From positions 120,094,001 through 120,158,000 of the forward strand of contig NC_042997.1 of assembly GCF_006345805.1 (NCBI RefSeq): 64,000 bases of DNA. Direction: 5' to 3'. A model generated the notes under the pieces. That model had not been told where the DNA came from. It worked only from the letters and a program-made list of their open reading frames with translations, and ran no database searches. Numbering within the stretch: the stretch's first letter is position 1; the number at the start of each line of letters is the position of its first letter. The position numbers and the translations under genes were made by a program. Below are positions 1 through 14,701 of this stretch, in pieces. The stretch comes from Octopus sinensis (lineage: Eukaryota).

Positions 1-769
1 TAAGTGACCTACATATATATTGCTCACATTGTAATATAGTTATGACTATATATTTATCGATATGCTATTAAGAGTCTTAAAGTTATATCAAATGACAAAC
101 AAAAACGGGGCAAAATGATTACGTGCACAATCAGATTTACTTATAAAATCATCCCGTTATTGGATGATGTTGTACAGAATGAGGGATGCTTTATCTACTG
201 ACATATGGTTTCTCTATGGCTGTGCGATATACAACGTAGTGTAACTAATGTAATGATGCTTTCGAGAATTAAAGATGACTGCATACATCATTTTATATAT
301 CATCACCAATAAATATTATCGTTATTCTCCTAATAACTGTCCACAAAGTTTTCTATATTAGATCGCACTTCATCATCAAAATACTTCTATATACATATGC
401 ATCACCTTTAATTATGTTACAAGTTTTACTGAATGGGCTGCGACAAATGGAATTTTGTCAATGACATTTATTCTAGTATAATGAACAATTTTTATTTATT
501 TCATCCTCGTTCTTTTTCGAATGGAGAACTTATGCTCATAGTTAAAACGACATAACTGAATGTAATACGTGTATTTCCTCGCGTAAGATCATAAAAACGC
601 ATGCGCGCACACACACGCATACAGACATATGCATACACGCATATACATATATATGCGTGTGTGTTTGTATATGTATGTATATATGTATGCATGTGTGTAT
701 GTGTGTATATGTATGTATGTACGTGCGTATGTATGTGTGTATGTATGCATATATGTATATGTATTTTCT

Positions 770-890
770 GTACTGGAGCAGCTACTAATTCCGCCACACA
801 TAGCTAAGTTTATTATTAGTGTTGAAGAATGAAACTCTGATGCTTATTCCTACACACCCGTATTGTTATGCTCAGTATCTACGGAGCTTA
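770..890 (+). pseudogene. Cadherin relic: repeat linker
   Basis: AKFIISVEE*NSDAYSYTP resembles the xIxVxDxNDxxP linker; in-frame TGA. Confidence 0.5.
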
Positions 891-960
891 AACGATAACA
901 ACTAAGTACACGTACATTACATTAAACATGTAGTTATAGTAATTATGATTGCATGTATAG

Positions 961-989
961 AAGTTGTGATTATTGAGAGTATATGTCCG
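961..989 (+). pseudogene. Cadherin relic microexon (EVVIIESICP)
   Basis: tgcatgtatag acceptor and CCG|GTGAGT donor; VxIxExxP start-of-repeat motif. Confidence 0.5.
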
Positions 990-1364
990 GTGAGTATATA
1001 TTCGAAAATAATGACAAATTGTTATAATTTTATTGAGTCTCTGAATTTCACTAAATCAAGAAATAAAACCGTATCCCACTTTGAATAACCTTTAATAGTA
1101 AACTCCAGCAAATGGCCGTTATTCAAACTCAACATATTCGACTATATGAGGTTGTGAAAAATCCTATATCTCTCTTTCTGCTTCAGAAAAATTTAAACGA
1201 TTCTGTAACTCTTTGATTCCAATCAAATAAATTTTGGGTTGATTTCTATAGCGGATATTAAAGAATTCATTAATGTATTTCTGTGCAGGATATCAGTGAA
1301 CATTTGAACTTTTCCGCATCAGTAAATAGAGTTTGTTTTTCTTTTCTTTTACACGATTACTTAG

Positions 1365-1415
1365 CGCTGAATGAAAATATATGAAGAGAGAGATACAGGG
1401 GTGTAACTAAAAAAC
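1365..1415 (+). pseudogene. Cadherin relic exon (ALNENI*RERYRGVTKK)
   Basis: Long polypyrimidine tract plus ttag acceptor, AAC|GTGAGT donor, 51 nt, phase 1-1, one TGA; AxxxEN motif. Confidence 0.55.
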
Positions 1416-1491
1416 GTGAGTTAATTAATTGAGAAAATTGAACCGAAAGCCTATAGCGGGTCTGGATTATGTTAGTGTTTTTCTTTTCTAG

Positions 1492-1558
1492 ATTTATATG
1501 CAAATGATGTAACTAAAAGAACTGTTTTAGTAATACAGAAAGATCTAAAGCTGCAAAG
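1492..1558 (+). pseudogene. Cadherin relic exon (LYANDVTKRTVLV)
   Basis: tttttcttttctag acceptor; LxAxD motif follows the previous exon in the expected order; donor weak. Confidence 0.45.
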
Positions 1559-1888
1559 GTGAAGATAGATAAACAAAACGAAAATGAGAGAGAAAAGAGG
1601 ATATAAAAAGATTAAAAGTTGAGAGTTAGAGAAAGACAGACTAAATGTAGATAACAGAAATGAAGAATTTATACAATGAGACGATTATAGAATGCTGTTG
1701 AACATAAGATGAAATAGTATCGATTTGTTATGGGCAGAAGCAACACTCATGTACCAGACTGATATATATATATATACATAAAAAATACATATACGTATAT
1801 ACATACATGCATACACACATAGACACACACTCACACACACATAGACACACACACATAGACACACACACACTCACAGACACACACACAG

Positions 1889-1927
<39 letters not shown>

Positions 1928-2635
1928 ATAAGAAGCAAAAATGCTAATTCTGGAATCTGTGCATGAGATCACTGCGGTAGTTGACGAGTAATATTCGTAC
2001 CCACTTCAACATGGCTCTCCATTCGAACGGAATCTACTGCGAATTTTAACCCCAATTTTTTATCCCCGGGTAACATCCTGGTAAACGTTGCAGAGCTGCA
2101 TTCGATAAATTGCGTGCAGAGGAACGAACACCTACTATCTACTAGCGACAGTATCCGTAAACAAGTCCTGGTTTCGGGGAATTTCTGCCATTTCGGTACT
2201 AGACACCACGTCTGCTAGAGATGACAGTAGCTCGCCTCTGCTCGCAACACACACACACATATATATTATATATACATATTACAAGCGAGCACACACACAC
2301 ACATATATACCTCTCTCTCACTCTCTTGATCTGTATAAATATATGTACACCACACAACTACACGCAAACATACATACACACACACTTATATATGCCTTCC
2401 TGTCACTCTCTCGATACCCACACGCGCACACATACATGCACGACGTATATATGCCTCTCTCTCACTCTCTTATTCTGTATAAATATATGTACACCACACA
2501 CCCACACGCACACACACACATACACACACATACATACACACATATATATCCCTCTCTGTCACTCTCTCGTTCTGTGTAAATATATGTACATCACCTACCC
2601 ACACTCACACACACATACACACACAAATGTATTAT

Positions 2636-2850
2636 TTACTTAGCCTATTCATATATATTTCTTGTATGTAATTTCATATTTCGAAATTGATTTATCTCAA
2701 TTGATGTCTTTGAACGTTCTTTCATGAATTAAATTTGTGTCAATTTTATGGATCAACTGTATGTTTTCTAATCGCTTTTGCTTCTCGTCTGCATTTATGT
2801 CCATCAGCTGTGAGTATTAACTTTAGTATTATTTTGCGATTAGATAGATT
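2636..2850 (-). repeat. Dispersed degenerate element, copy 1 (partial)
   Basis: Clear similarity to 6160-6355 and, in reverse complement, to 18440-18635. Confidence 0.8.
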
Positions 2851-3049
2851 TAATACAACAGTTGAAAAGGAATGTTCAGGAAAGTGAAAAGTACAAAGAG
2901 CCACGCACAGATAAACACACACATGTACACACAAATATGTACAAAGTCTGAAGGAGAGAGTGAGAAAGATTGAGCAAGTCGTACATCCAGATATTATTTA
3001 GATATTGAGGGAAATAACTGTTTTATATATAAAGCGCCGAGTAAACTTA

Positions 3050-3595
3050 AGGGGACACAATTTACTGAAACTACTACGTAAACAATATTCCACTCTTATA
3101 TTTAAGAGACTTAGACAAAAAAACATGCCGCCTCATTGATATGACTGTCCCAATTGATATAAACGTATCTGTCAAGATCTACCAGAAACTGAGCAAATAT
3201 AAAGATCTGGAAATAGAAATCAGCAAAATGTGGAACCTGAAGACTAAAACAGTACCTGTTGTCATAAGTGACCTGGGAATGATAGCAAGAGGGGCTGATT
3301 GCTACCTAACTCATATACCAGGAAACCCCAAAATGGCAGAAATTTAAAAGATAGTGCTCATGGGAACTGCTCATATCCTACGCAATATACTTTCTATGTA
3401 ATCTCAAGTTTTAAGACAAACATAATTTTCGTATGATTTTTTAGACATTCACTAGTACCACACTAAGTACAAAACCAAATATATGGCACCCTAGGCATAA
3501 CACCAACATGAACGTCCAGCTTGTTGTCTTTTGAGGTTTCTGAGTGAAACTTGGAGCCAGCTTGTGCTAATGTAAAGCAAATGTCAAACATAGAA
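3050..3595 (+). mobile_element. R4/Dong-like non-LTR retrotransposon 3' fragment (restriction-like endonuclease) ending in (AAT)n
   Basis: DMTVPIDINVSVKIYQKLSKYKDLEIEISKMWNLKTKTVPVVI, typical RLE C-terminus. Confidence 0.85.
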
Positions 3596-3637
3596 TAATA
3601 TTAATAATAATAATAATAATATAATAATAATAATAAT

Positions 3638-3710
<73 letters not shown>

Positions 3711-3735
3711 AAAACAACAATAACAACAACAACTT
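3596..3735. repeat. (AAT)n/(AAC)n microsatellite
   Basis: Direct reading. Confidence 0.95.
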
Positions 3736-4052
3736 CGAGAAACAACTTAGGAATGAGAACCCAGGTTCGAAATTTCCACAAGACATCTGATGAAGGCTTG
3801 GAGGGTGTATCAGCCGAAACTTTGTGTTAGCAACAAACAAGATGAGGTCAAATATCCGTTGAATGTAAATAATGTAAATGGTGTAAATATTCCACTCAAT
3901 TTAAATTTCTAAATACGAAGATGTAAAACATCTACTGAAAATATTACTGTAGACTTGCTATACACAGCCACGTATGATACGACTATTCCTTAGCTATTAC
4001 ATTCATATGAATATATGTAAGCGTAAACAAATATGTATTCGTTTATATTCAG

Positions 4053-4169
4053 TAGTAGAAGATCGAATGAATATACTGATCTTAATGTGCCGTTAGTATG
4101 AAAACTAATAAAACTATGAAGAAACGCAGAGTGAAAGAAAATAAAATATTTCATCACCTCTAACCAATT
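4053..4169 (+). pseudogene. Cadherin relic exon (VVED-NEYT...VKEN)
   Basis: tttatattcag acceptor and ATT|GTGAGT donor; VxDxNEY linker then VKEN, with frameshifts. Confidence 0.6.
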
Positions 4170-5237
4170 GTGAGTTAGCATGTTTTATTTGTATGTGTGT
4201 GTATACGTACGAATGTGAAGATGTCAGGAGAGTGATACATATATAATGTATATAATATTGGTGTGTATGTTTGTAAATGCTGTGACATCAACTGCCACCC
4301 AAGATAATGACTTGATTTTTAAAATCCATTTACCCCCGACTAAAATTAAACAACTATCTTGTGGCATTTGCAATACACAGGAAGTTAAAAAGAAAAAAAT
4401 GTTGCCATATTCATGATTTTCTTGTTATGTCTTCATCAGCAAGTGTTACTTCATATTTGCTTCCATCCAGAAATAAAAGAAAATGACACCTTCTTACTCC
4501 ATACTTTGCTTTTGTGACATGAATATCAATGTTTTGAAACTGACTTATTTTCAATTACATTTACGACAGATTTAGTACTGAATTCCTGAAACAGAAATAT
4601 CATTATAGGAAATATTCTGTTCAATGACTGAAATTTGCTTGTTAATTCCTTGACCGTCACCACTTCAGCATATCCACTAGTGGCCGACATTATGCCAATC
4701 TCTCATCATGAGCAGGAGCAGTGGGGAAGCATCATAGCCATGTGCTGAGAGGGATTATTTGGGGGTTGAATACATATAACAAGAGCAAAATTTGAAGGAA
4801 ATATTGTCCATTTTGCATGTTCTAGACGTAAGCAAGCAGAATTCTTGTTATACCGTGTAATATGTTAAGAAAATAATATTCAGTTTCTGTATAAGATTCC
4901 TTTCATTACTATACAGTGTTTAGAAAATGTCGGCAGCTAGAAGCGAAATATGAATGCAAAAATATTTTCGCTGTGTCATTTCTGCCTTCTTATACGAAAC
5001 TTTCCGATCAATGAGAGATTTTTACGTGACCCGGAAAATACAATATTATTTTATGGAACGTAATAGAGGACCCCTGCACATGAATGTTTGGTCCTACGTC
5101 ATACTACAGTATTAATTATTACTGGATACATAAAATCGACTCTACCCACATTTATATAACATAACTTCACGCAGACATATACAATACTAGCACAGACGGA
5201 CACGCACGTACATACACACATATCTATGGATGTATAG

Positions 5238-5307
<70 letters not shown>

Positions 5308-5659
5308 TATATATATATATATGTACATATATATAGACATGTACAGTTCTCTTCTCCCCGCCCTTCACAATATGGTGACCACCATCTAGCACTGCTTTCT
5401 TCCTTTTCTCTTTCTTCTTTCTCCTATTTCTTTTGATCAATGTGTTTTCCCTTCTAATGTACTTCCCTATTCTCCTCTCTCCATCTTCTTCGCCCTACCA
5501 GTATTTTTTTTCAAAATTTCATTTACACTACAAGATCCATTTGTATGAACCATACAGCTCTCCATTTGTACTAACAAAATATGAACTCGTATCGGAATGG
5601 ACAGGAGGCCTCTTTACCCTTTCTACGCAGCACATTCCTCACATATAAGTAAACATCTT

Positions 5660-6490
5660 TCAGTAATCCAATGAAGCAATGTAGAAAAGTCAAGGACATT
5701 CCGTCACGGATCATGCCCCTATTCTGTAAAAATGATTGTTGTTCTTCAGTGAAACATTCTTCAACATGATTGAAGCTGACTCACTCTTGAACCGAAAGTT
5801 TCAACTTTTAAAGAGTTATGGGAACTATTCGAGGTTTCAAATTCCGGTGCCTTTTTTTTTTACCGAAATCTTTGCCACTACTCTCCATTCCATTTGCCTT
5901 GTTGTTTTAGGTAATAAGATATTGCAATTTACTGCCTGGTACTTTGTACGTTCTCTTTCCTGAATATTTCTTTTCGTCTGTCTATTAAATCCGTGTAATC
6001 GCATTTAGTGGTGTTTAATTTTATCATTTTACCTTCTTAATAATTACATTTATCGACCACGAGATAATTTCTACATATGTTGCTTACATTATTGAACAAT
6101 ATTTTCGTCACTAAGTTTTAGATTTATCACACCTAGTTTCTATTGATTTCATTATTTACTTAGTCCTATTCATACATATTTCTTGTATGTAATTTCACAT
6201 TTCAAAATTGATTTTATTTCAATGGATGTCTTTGAGTGTACTTTTATGAATTAAAATTGTGTCACTTTTATGGATCAACTGTGTTTTCTAAACGCCTCTG
6301 CTTCTCGTCTGTGCTTATGCCCATCAGCTGTGAGTATTAACTTTAGTACTTTTTGAATTAGTTCGATCTACTCTCTTTCAATATTAGTTTTTCTTTTCTT
6401 TTTCTTGTTTTCTCAATGCCATTCTTCCTTTCTCTCCCTCTGTTTTTCATTCTCGTTGTTTGTTTTAGCTTCTGTGCGCTTGTTTGTATT
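5660..6490 (-). repeat. Dispersed degenerate element, copy 2 (about 0.8 kb)
   Basis: Its reverse complement aligns by eye to 18290-18635, 19805-20029 and 20297-20560. Confidence 0.8.
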
Positions 6491-6807
6491 TATTATTCTT
6501 ATTTCCCCCGAGTTGATTTTGCCTTTCATCTTTTCGGGGTCGATAAATTAAATATATGTTGCGTAATGTGGTCGATATAATCGACTGGACCATTCGCCTA
6601 AGGTTTCAGGCCTTGTGCCTAGATTAGAAAAGTGTGTTTATTATTCTTTTACGATTGGAACGACCACACAGTTACAGTAAATTCACATCATAATTGTACA
6701 TTGAAATTATATTCACCTTAATGAAATATTTATTTTTAATGTTGATTTTAATGTTTAACTCTTACAATATTATTCGTCTTTGCATTTCCTGTATCATGCA
6801 TGATTCT

Positions 6808-6846
<39 letters not shown>

Positions 6847-6945
6847 GCGTGTGTGTGTGTGTGTGTATATATTTACGTGTGTGTCTATCTGTGTGTGCGC
6901 GTATGTATATATATATATATATACACATACATATATGACTTTAAA

Positions 6946-6994
<49 letters not shown>

Positions 6995-7489
6995 CGTTAA
7001 TCAAATATATTCATTGAGAAAACGAGAATACAACCTACTGAATTTCTAATAATTTCCCTTGATAGGGAAATGTCTAAAAGGTATTTTGAAGGGTATTTAG
7101 ACATTTAATAAGAGCGATTATATTTTATAAGATAAGGGCAGATCGTAAGATTTTTTAAACTTTCAAGCTTTTTAAATATTCTTCTTTTATATATGTATAC
7201 ATGTGATCTAATTTTCCTTCTCTTATTTTATAATGTATATATACATACATCATTAACTCTGCTGCCATACTCAAACGTCGATCTTAGACACAGTCATAAC
7301 TTATTGAAAGCAATTTTATATGGTAATTTGCACACTATATGCCCCCCCCCCCGATGCCTGAAATTGTGATGGTAAATTTGAGAAAAGCACTATAATGATA
7401 AACATTTACGAAATATCTAGACCAAAATGTTAATGTACTTCTGATGAGTGATTTCTTCTTCCTCGTTATCCGATTTTCTTAAAGCGAGA

Positions 7490-9050
7490 AATTTTAGGAG
7501 TGACGCGCAAAGAGCGCAATCATGCGGAATCTCTACTTGACCTCGCAAATATGCTGTACCTGGAGGAGGCAATGTTCTCTCCAACCCAGAATGATAAGAT
7601 ATTTAACATCCGTTTCCCCAACAATGTTGATCTTATCCACTATCTGAACACATCAGCAACAGTCCTCTCAAATGGCAATATGATATATCTGACGTTTTAT
7701 GATCGAAAGCCAATTAATGACATATTCATACGGACTGTACTCAAACTGTATCCAGTCTGAACTCCTACAAAGTTGACTGAAAATTTATTGAAAACGGATT
7801 ATTCAGCAAAATTGGCTTCATAATGCAAGCCATCGACATGAAACTTAAAGAATTCATGTCAATAATTTGAGCTGTATGCATATATGATATACAAATATAC
7901 CTTGTCCTGTCTATAAAGGAGAACCCAGAGCAGATGCTAGAAATCAAAGGGCTAAAATTACATTGCCATCTCTTTATATGTTAGAAACATCATGGAACGC
8001 ATTGTCAGAAGGAGACTGATCGCGTTCTTGAAAGAAAATAATTTGCTCATAAACACACAACATAATTTCTGCCCCGGGAAAGGCTGCCTCACACAGCTAC
8101 TACAAAATTAGGACTGAGTACTGAAACAGCTGCTCAACTAATCAAATATGGATGTAAAGTAACGAACCTTTGCGAAGACCTCTGGCAAATTTGAATACGA
8201 GACGATATGTTACAAAACACTGTGATCTTGATATCAACGAGAAACTGGTAAAGTGGCAGCACGACTTTTTGAAAGACAGGTATCAGATCGTTGCAACCAA
8301 TGGCGCACTCTGGGGAGAATTCCAAATCCGTAGCGGAGTTACTCAAGGAACTGTACTGGAATCTCCCTTGTTTTGGAGGATTCAGCCTCTTTCACCGGTT
8401 ATGCTGGTGATACAAAAGTATCACAGGCGGTCAAGGATTCTGACGACATAAAAAACTACAAAACTACCCGCATACAATATACAAATCAGCTAAGGAAAAT
8501 AAAATTTCAAGCACTCCACTGTCGGCCCACAAACAAACTATAATCCGAATATACAGGAGCAGTGCGTAGTGCAATCTCAGTGTCAGAATGGGTGCGTAAC
8601 CTGGAAATCCACACGCGTAATAATGATGTATGGGTTTATTACCAAGATGGCACCGTTTTGCAAGCGAGTTGACGCATAGTTATTTACCATTCAGAACAAG
8701 GAATTAGGAAAACTTGCAATTCGTTTGGAGTACTTTGGTTGGCATTTGCCTGGATTACTGCTCCCAAAATGTGGTAATTTCAGAGCGTAAAACTGGTGGC
8801 GTGAATTGGGTTTTAGGGGACCACAATTGTATAGCATCACACCAAAAAATCTTAAATTCCTGTACGATGTAACGGTTGAAATGATCTTTAAAATGCAGGT
8901 GGAGAAATGTCTATCTGAAATCGAAGAGGAAGACACATCGCAGAAGGGTCAAAGATGTGCGGCTCCGTCAAAGTCGCTTCTTCACCCAAAACACGACCAA
9001 AAGTTGGCTCAAGCTCACTGAAAGCTGGTGGAAACCAGTGAAAGTGAATA
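7490..9050 (+). mobile_element. Degenerate CR1/L2/Jockey-type LINE (endonuclease end plus RT)
   Basis: NVDLIHYLN...; LIAFLKENNLLINTQHNFCPGKGCLTQLL; FLKDRYQIV..NG...SGVTQGTVL; YAGDTK; many disruptions. Confidence 0.85.
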
Positions 9051-9057
9051 TATATAT

Positions 9058-9088
<31 letters not shown>

Positions 9089-9104
9089 TTATATATATTC
9101 TTTT

Positions 9105-9262
9105 ACTTTCTCTAAGTTTCTGTCTACCAAATCCACTCACAAGTGGTCGGCCAAAGGGCATATTAGAAGAAACCTGTCCAAGGTGCCTCGCAGTGGGACT
9201 GAACCTAGAAACCATGTGGTCAGTTAGCGAGCTACTTACCACACAGCTACTCCTGCGCCTAT
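9105..9262 (-). mobile_element. tRNA-derived SINE
   Basis: Reverse complement has a tRNA-like head (gctgtgtggtaagtagc...ggttcagtcccactgcg); same family at 31895-32045 and 56790-56965. Confidence 0.8.
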
Positions 9263-9906
9263 ATATATATATATATATATATAAATATATACACAAATAC
9301 GGACATGCAATCATGCAATCATGCAATCATGCAGACTTGCCTCCATACATACATACATATATAGACATTTTCGTGTCTGTGTTTCAGAAATGTATTTACT
9401 CATGTTTGCATTCTAATAGGAGAAAAATTCGATATTCGTAATCTCTGCCTCGTCGGACACACAGAGGAAATCATCTACACATGAGCGCATATTTAAAAGA
9501 GTGTATGTTTCTTTGTTTCGATCTATGCAGAGTTTTCGTGTTTGTAGGAATCTGTTTATAAAATCTCCAATGTATACGGCGAAACTATTAGAATTATACA
9601 TTTTTTTTTCTTTTTAAATAATTTAGTTTAGAGAAATTATCTACGTTTTCAGATTTTGCAGACCTTCCGATCTATGTGAGGTCGACAAGGTTATTATTTC
9701 TCGAGAATAGTTCTAAGCTGATGAAATTAGTTGGTAATCAAATTAGAAACATATTCAGTTACGTTTAATGAAATCAAATGTATTCAAATTAATTACATAG
9801 TAATAAAATATGAAATATCGGGGCATGAACCCTGGAAAATGTTGGCTGTAATCACAAAATAAGGATGTTTCCACATCTTAGGCAACACTGTACCTATGTA
9901 TATATA

Positions 9907-9942
<36 letters not shown>

Positions 9943-10764
9943 TGTATGTATGTATGTATATGTATGTATGTAGTATGTATGTATGTATGTATGTATGTAT
10001 GTATGTATATATATATATATCTATCTTTATATATATATATATATATATATATCTTTATATATATATATATATATGTCAATCAATCTAGCTATCCATGTAT
10101 CTATGCATATATGTATCTATCTATGTATGTCTCTATATATCTATCTGCCAAACTAGCAGTCAATTTTTTTTTATGTGTCTCTGCCACTTCTTACGTTTGT
10201 ATGTAGGTACACATGCATTTACGCGTACAACCTTTTATCGATCTCTTATCAGTTTGAATCCATAGCTCTTACAAGCAAGAAACTAAGTCCCACAAACGTA
10301 CGAATGTGGAGTATATTCGATAACCCCCACACACACACTCGCGTATGTATATGTAGATATACACATACGTATACGCATGTATTGTTGTATGTTTAAGACT
10401 GCGTGTAAGAAACATATGTTTCTCACACACATACATATATACATTTATGAATATACATACATATACTTAGTTAATCTAACATATTATTTAGGAGATGTTT
10501 CTCTTTGTGTGGGTGTTTTATGTTTGTGTGCGGGTATGTGTGCGTGCGTATGCGAGGTTGCGTGGGGGCACATATGTAATGAGAAAGAGAGAAAGAGAGC
10601 AAGAAAGAGTATAGAATAAAACTAAATTACTCTGACTCATTAATATTTCAAACATTGTCTTACTGGAACGATGGGTCTCTGAGTAAAAATAAAACGCATT
10701 TCGCTTCGAATATATATTTGATGCATTCAAATAAATCATAGAAAAATTATATTATCCCTTCAAG

Positions 10765-10853
10765 AAGTTGAGATATCACTTCTAGTTTGTTTAAAATGAA
10801 AGCAATTCTAACATGGGAGATAGCGCCAATAATTCAGATCATTACTATCACCG
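10765..10853 (+). pseudogene. Cadherin relic exon (TSSLFKMKA / NMGDSANNSDHYY)
   Basis: atcccttcaag acceptor; resembles the T-L..AxDxDxG..N...Y segment across frameshifts. Confidence 0.5.
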
Positions 10854-11584
10854 GTCAACATAAGCAACGCTGATAGGAGAGGATCTGCCCTTTAATGAAG
10901 ATTGGAGGACACGAAGACATATTTACTTGTGCATTAGAAAAGATTATTATAATATATACTTTTTTATATATTTATTTATTTATTTATTTATTTATTATAA
11001 ATGTGAAATCTTCAGAGACATGATCCAACAACTAATTATACTTACTGATAGAAATATTGATAAATTTCTAACTAGTATTAGATATTGATTCATCTGTCAG
11101 ATATGATGCATCATAATGAAGATAAGAATAATATGGTGAATTATCAGCCGTTTTTCTTACAAACAGTCACGTTTATAAAAGGGTCTTATTTCTCTGGTGA
11201 GTCAGACAGAAAATTAGTGTTTCACATTTACTGCATTATTTTTGAAATTGAAAATGTCGAAAACAGCTTGCCGCTTAAATAGCTAGAGATTAAAATATGT
11301 CAAATGTGGCAAGCAATATACATGAGCGTTGAATATGTCAGACATTTATGCATAATTCATCTCTTGAAATTTCAAAATAGAAATATCAAACTAAACATCA
11401 ACTGTTAAGTTACTGTACCAGGAAAAAAAAGAACAAAAACATAGAAAAAAAAGAATTTACAAGATGATGAGCAACATCTCACCTTAAAGACCATTGTCTG
11501 TTCGATGTATAGCTGCATAACGATTAATCAAAAACATTCATAAATACTTACATACATATATAAATACATACATAAGTACACACA

Positions 11585-11630
<46 letters not shown>

Positions 11631-11702
11631 CATACATATGTATATATATGCACATACATACATACGTACATACGTACATACATACATACATACATACATA
11701 CA

Positions 11703-11737
<35 letters not shown>

Positions 11738-13109
11738 GTATATATATGTATTCAAAATGTGACCGCGTGTGTACCGTTGGCGATTTTGTTTTCCTCTATC
11801 TTCCCTTCTCTGGATCATTCCTTCGACGAAGAGCTCCGCTCGAAACGTTAAACCCTCCGTCTTACCTTCTTTCCTGACCGTCCAATAATACTATATTTGT
11901 TCCACGTCCTCGCGTTGTTGTGTTTTTTGTGCTTTATTGTTTGGATTAACTTTAACTACACACACACACACACACACGTATATATATATCTTTTTATATT
12001 ACAAAGACGCGCCCAGGGTTCCCGAGGATGCGAATAAGAGTATAAGACTGAAGGAATGGAGTAGCAAAGTTCTGGCCTACATATGTCTCATAACGAGCGG
12101 AACCTAGAAACTGGTAAATATTCAAGCAAGATGTATACAGCATGCTACTCTTTAAGCCAATAGCGTTTCAATGAATGAGAATTTACATTGCTGCAAGGAG
12201 TTACATTTTAACTCGATTCCTCCAAGTGTTAACAAGTATCTCCCTCCGACAATGTAAACATTCATTCCATGAAGATACACATATTTATATATATATATAT
12301 GATAGAAGTGGCTTTTCTGATAATTTGTCCACTGTAATAATTAGATGATTTAAGATATTAGCTGTCCCTTGAAGGTGACCTCCAAAGTAGTTTCTCGCTT
12401 TCAAACTGATATTTTAGAACCTTTATTCAATGGTTAATTACAAATATACACTATAACGATCACCAACACATATAAATTAGATATAAATATATATTTTAAT
12501 ATACATTTATGTACATACATATATATATATATGTATATCTATATTTATCTCTTTTCTTTAATTTACCTATCTAACTATCAATATATATGCATGTGTGTGT
12601 GCGTGTATGTGCATATATGTGCGCGTGTTCATCCTTCGATTATATATATGTAAATATATTCCTGAATTTTCAGAATCTATTAGTAATTATCTTACAAAAT
12701 CTACATAACAGTTTAATCATAAAATATGTAGCGTAACAAAATTTGAATATAAAACATCTTTCTGATAATTATCAATTCATGATATAATGGTTATTTACAT
12801 GATAATATTAAGTTAACTAAAAATTAAAATCTAGATCTTAGTTTCCGAATAGTCATATTTTGCACAAGAGAAAGTTTTTGATATAGAATGTCGCTCCTGG
12901 AATATTACAGGCAAAATATGACATTTATCGAAATGTTTGTGTTGTAATTTCCTGAGAGCAAACAAGATAGGAACACTAAGAGATGCAATTAATGTGGAAA
13001 ATGTTTGGCAATGCATTTAGTAGTAAGTTAACAATGTGTGAATGACGCGAGGGAAGGATGCCTTAAATGTGACAGGATGAATGAACAAGGAAGCTATCTA
13101 CATCTGACG

Positions 13110-13322
13110 TTGCACTCTATGCACAAGGCCCGAAGTTGTTTTTTTTTCTTTGGTCGGAGCATTCGATTAGATCGACCCCAGTACGCAACTGGTACTTATC
13201 AACCCTGAAAAAATGAAAGGCAAAGTCGACCTCGGTGGAATTTGAACTCAGAACGTGAAGACAGACGAAGCACTGCTAAGCGTTTCGCCCGGGGTGCTAA
13301 TGTTTCTAGTAGCCCGCCGTCA
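13110..13322 (-). mobile_element. tRNA-derived SINE (second family)
   Basis: gagttcaaattcc..cgaggtcgactttgcctttca core; relatives at 6500-6640, 17300-17410, 21670-21870, 37870-38030 and 58745-58935. Confidence 0.8.
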
Positions 13323-13433
13323 TATGTTCTAGATCAATAGGGAATGTCTGATCGAAAAGCATTGCAAATCGAAAAGCATTGCAAAATCCTGTTGACTTTG
13401 TAAAGTTCAAAATGACATTATTATAATTTATAG

Positions 13434-13740
13434 CTACTGACATCATTCAGGGTGGTGATTGAGCTCAGGATACTGATAATCTTCAGCAATCAAGTAGACA
13501 AGTCATCAAAGTTGAGGATTTCTCTGCCTAAAACCCAAGTCCGCGTTTAATATACGGCTGGAATAAATTATGCAATACCGTTCGTTAAAAGTCCTGAATG
13601 TAAAGTTATTTTATTGCCATCGAAAAGACAAATGTTAAATTACAACACACTTGTGGCTATTGTATATGGTAGAAATTCTGGAAGGAAACAGATGCGATTA
13701 TATAATATTGGAATGATCTAATGAGAGATCTAAGAAGATT
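13434..13740 (+). pseudogene. Two cadherin relic exons (AQDTDNLQQSSRQVIKVED; EILEGN)
   Basis: AxD...VIKVED linker after an atttatag acceptor at 13433; EI.EG repeat start after an acceptor at 13672. Confidence 0.5.
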
Positions 13741-14701
13741 GTTTAGTAAAGAATGGCTTTCTAATATACACAAGAATTTATGGCATTTAAAGGACATAGG
13801 AATTTTGAATGGCGCAGAGAGCTCTAAACAGCTGATTCTTTGTCGTTCTAATCAATGTTTTGGGGTGATGGAGAAGACCTAGTAAAATAGTGAGTGAATC
13901 TGCCTATGTAGATAATTAGATTCAGAAAATTGTTCGTGCATATATCTCCAATAGAATTCATGCAGAGTAAACGCCTTTAAAGATAGTTGATTTCACTCAC
14001 AATCTCTACAAAGTATGGTGGTATTTTATTTTCCTCCTTCGTCGTGGAATTTCCTGTTTCTTCCTGTTTCCAGAGAAGAGTTATGCTCGAAGTGTAAAAC
14101 TTCTACTCTTTTCTTTCTCTGAGTGTCTTATTAATACCTTGTTTGTGCCACGTCCAAATGTTTGCGCGCACACACACAAACACACACACACATACACATA
14201 TATATGCATTATTTACGCAAACATATCTATACGTATTTACACATATATGCATTCTTTTATCCTTTTATTCTTGTATATCTTTCAGTCATCTGACTGCTGA
14301 AGCACCGTCTTAAAACCAGTGTTGTTCGTGTTGTGCCGACCTTCGCGTCAGTACAATCATTATATCATCAGGCGTACGGCTAAAATTTCTCATTTTCATT
14401 TTTGATAAAAGCAAAATATAAAACTATATCCTCAATACGTAATGAGCGCTTCGTTCTAATTGTTTGTCCTGTAATGGCATAAACACGGACAGAGAGAGAC
14501 AATCGGACACGCATACGTACATATACACATGCACACAAAAATATGTATGCCAAACTTATAGAAATATTATATTCTTTAACAAATTCTTACGTAACATCCA
14601 TTACGACACACTTAAACAATATCCATTAACAAAATATTATCCACTGTCCATTAGGCAAGTTTTATATGAATTATTAATACAATTATTTTTTATTGATTCA
14701 G

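Noticed and set aside
501-832. ORFs rich in Y/I/H/T/C/V/M here and throughout the ORF track
   Set aside because: Translations of (TA)n, (CA)n and (TACA)n microsatellites.
2305-2635. Regularly spaced repeats resembling a CRISPR-like array
   Set aside because: Degenerate minisatellite of (CT)/(CA) blocks in eukaryotic DNA; spacers are microsatellite, not unique.
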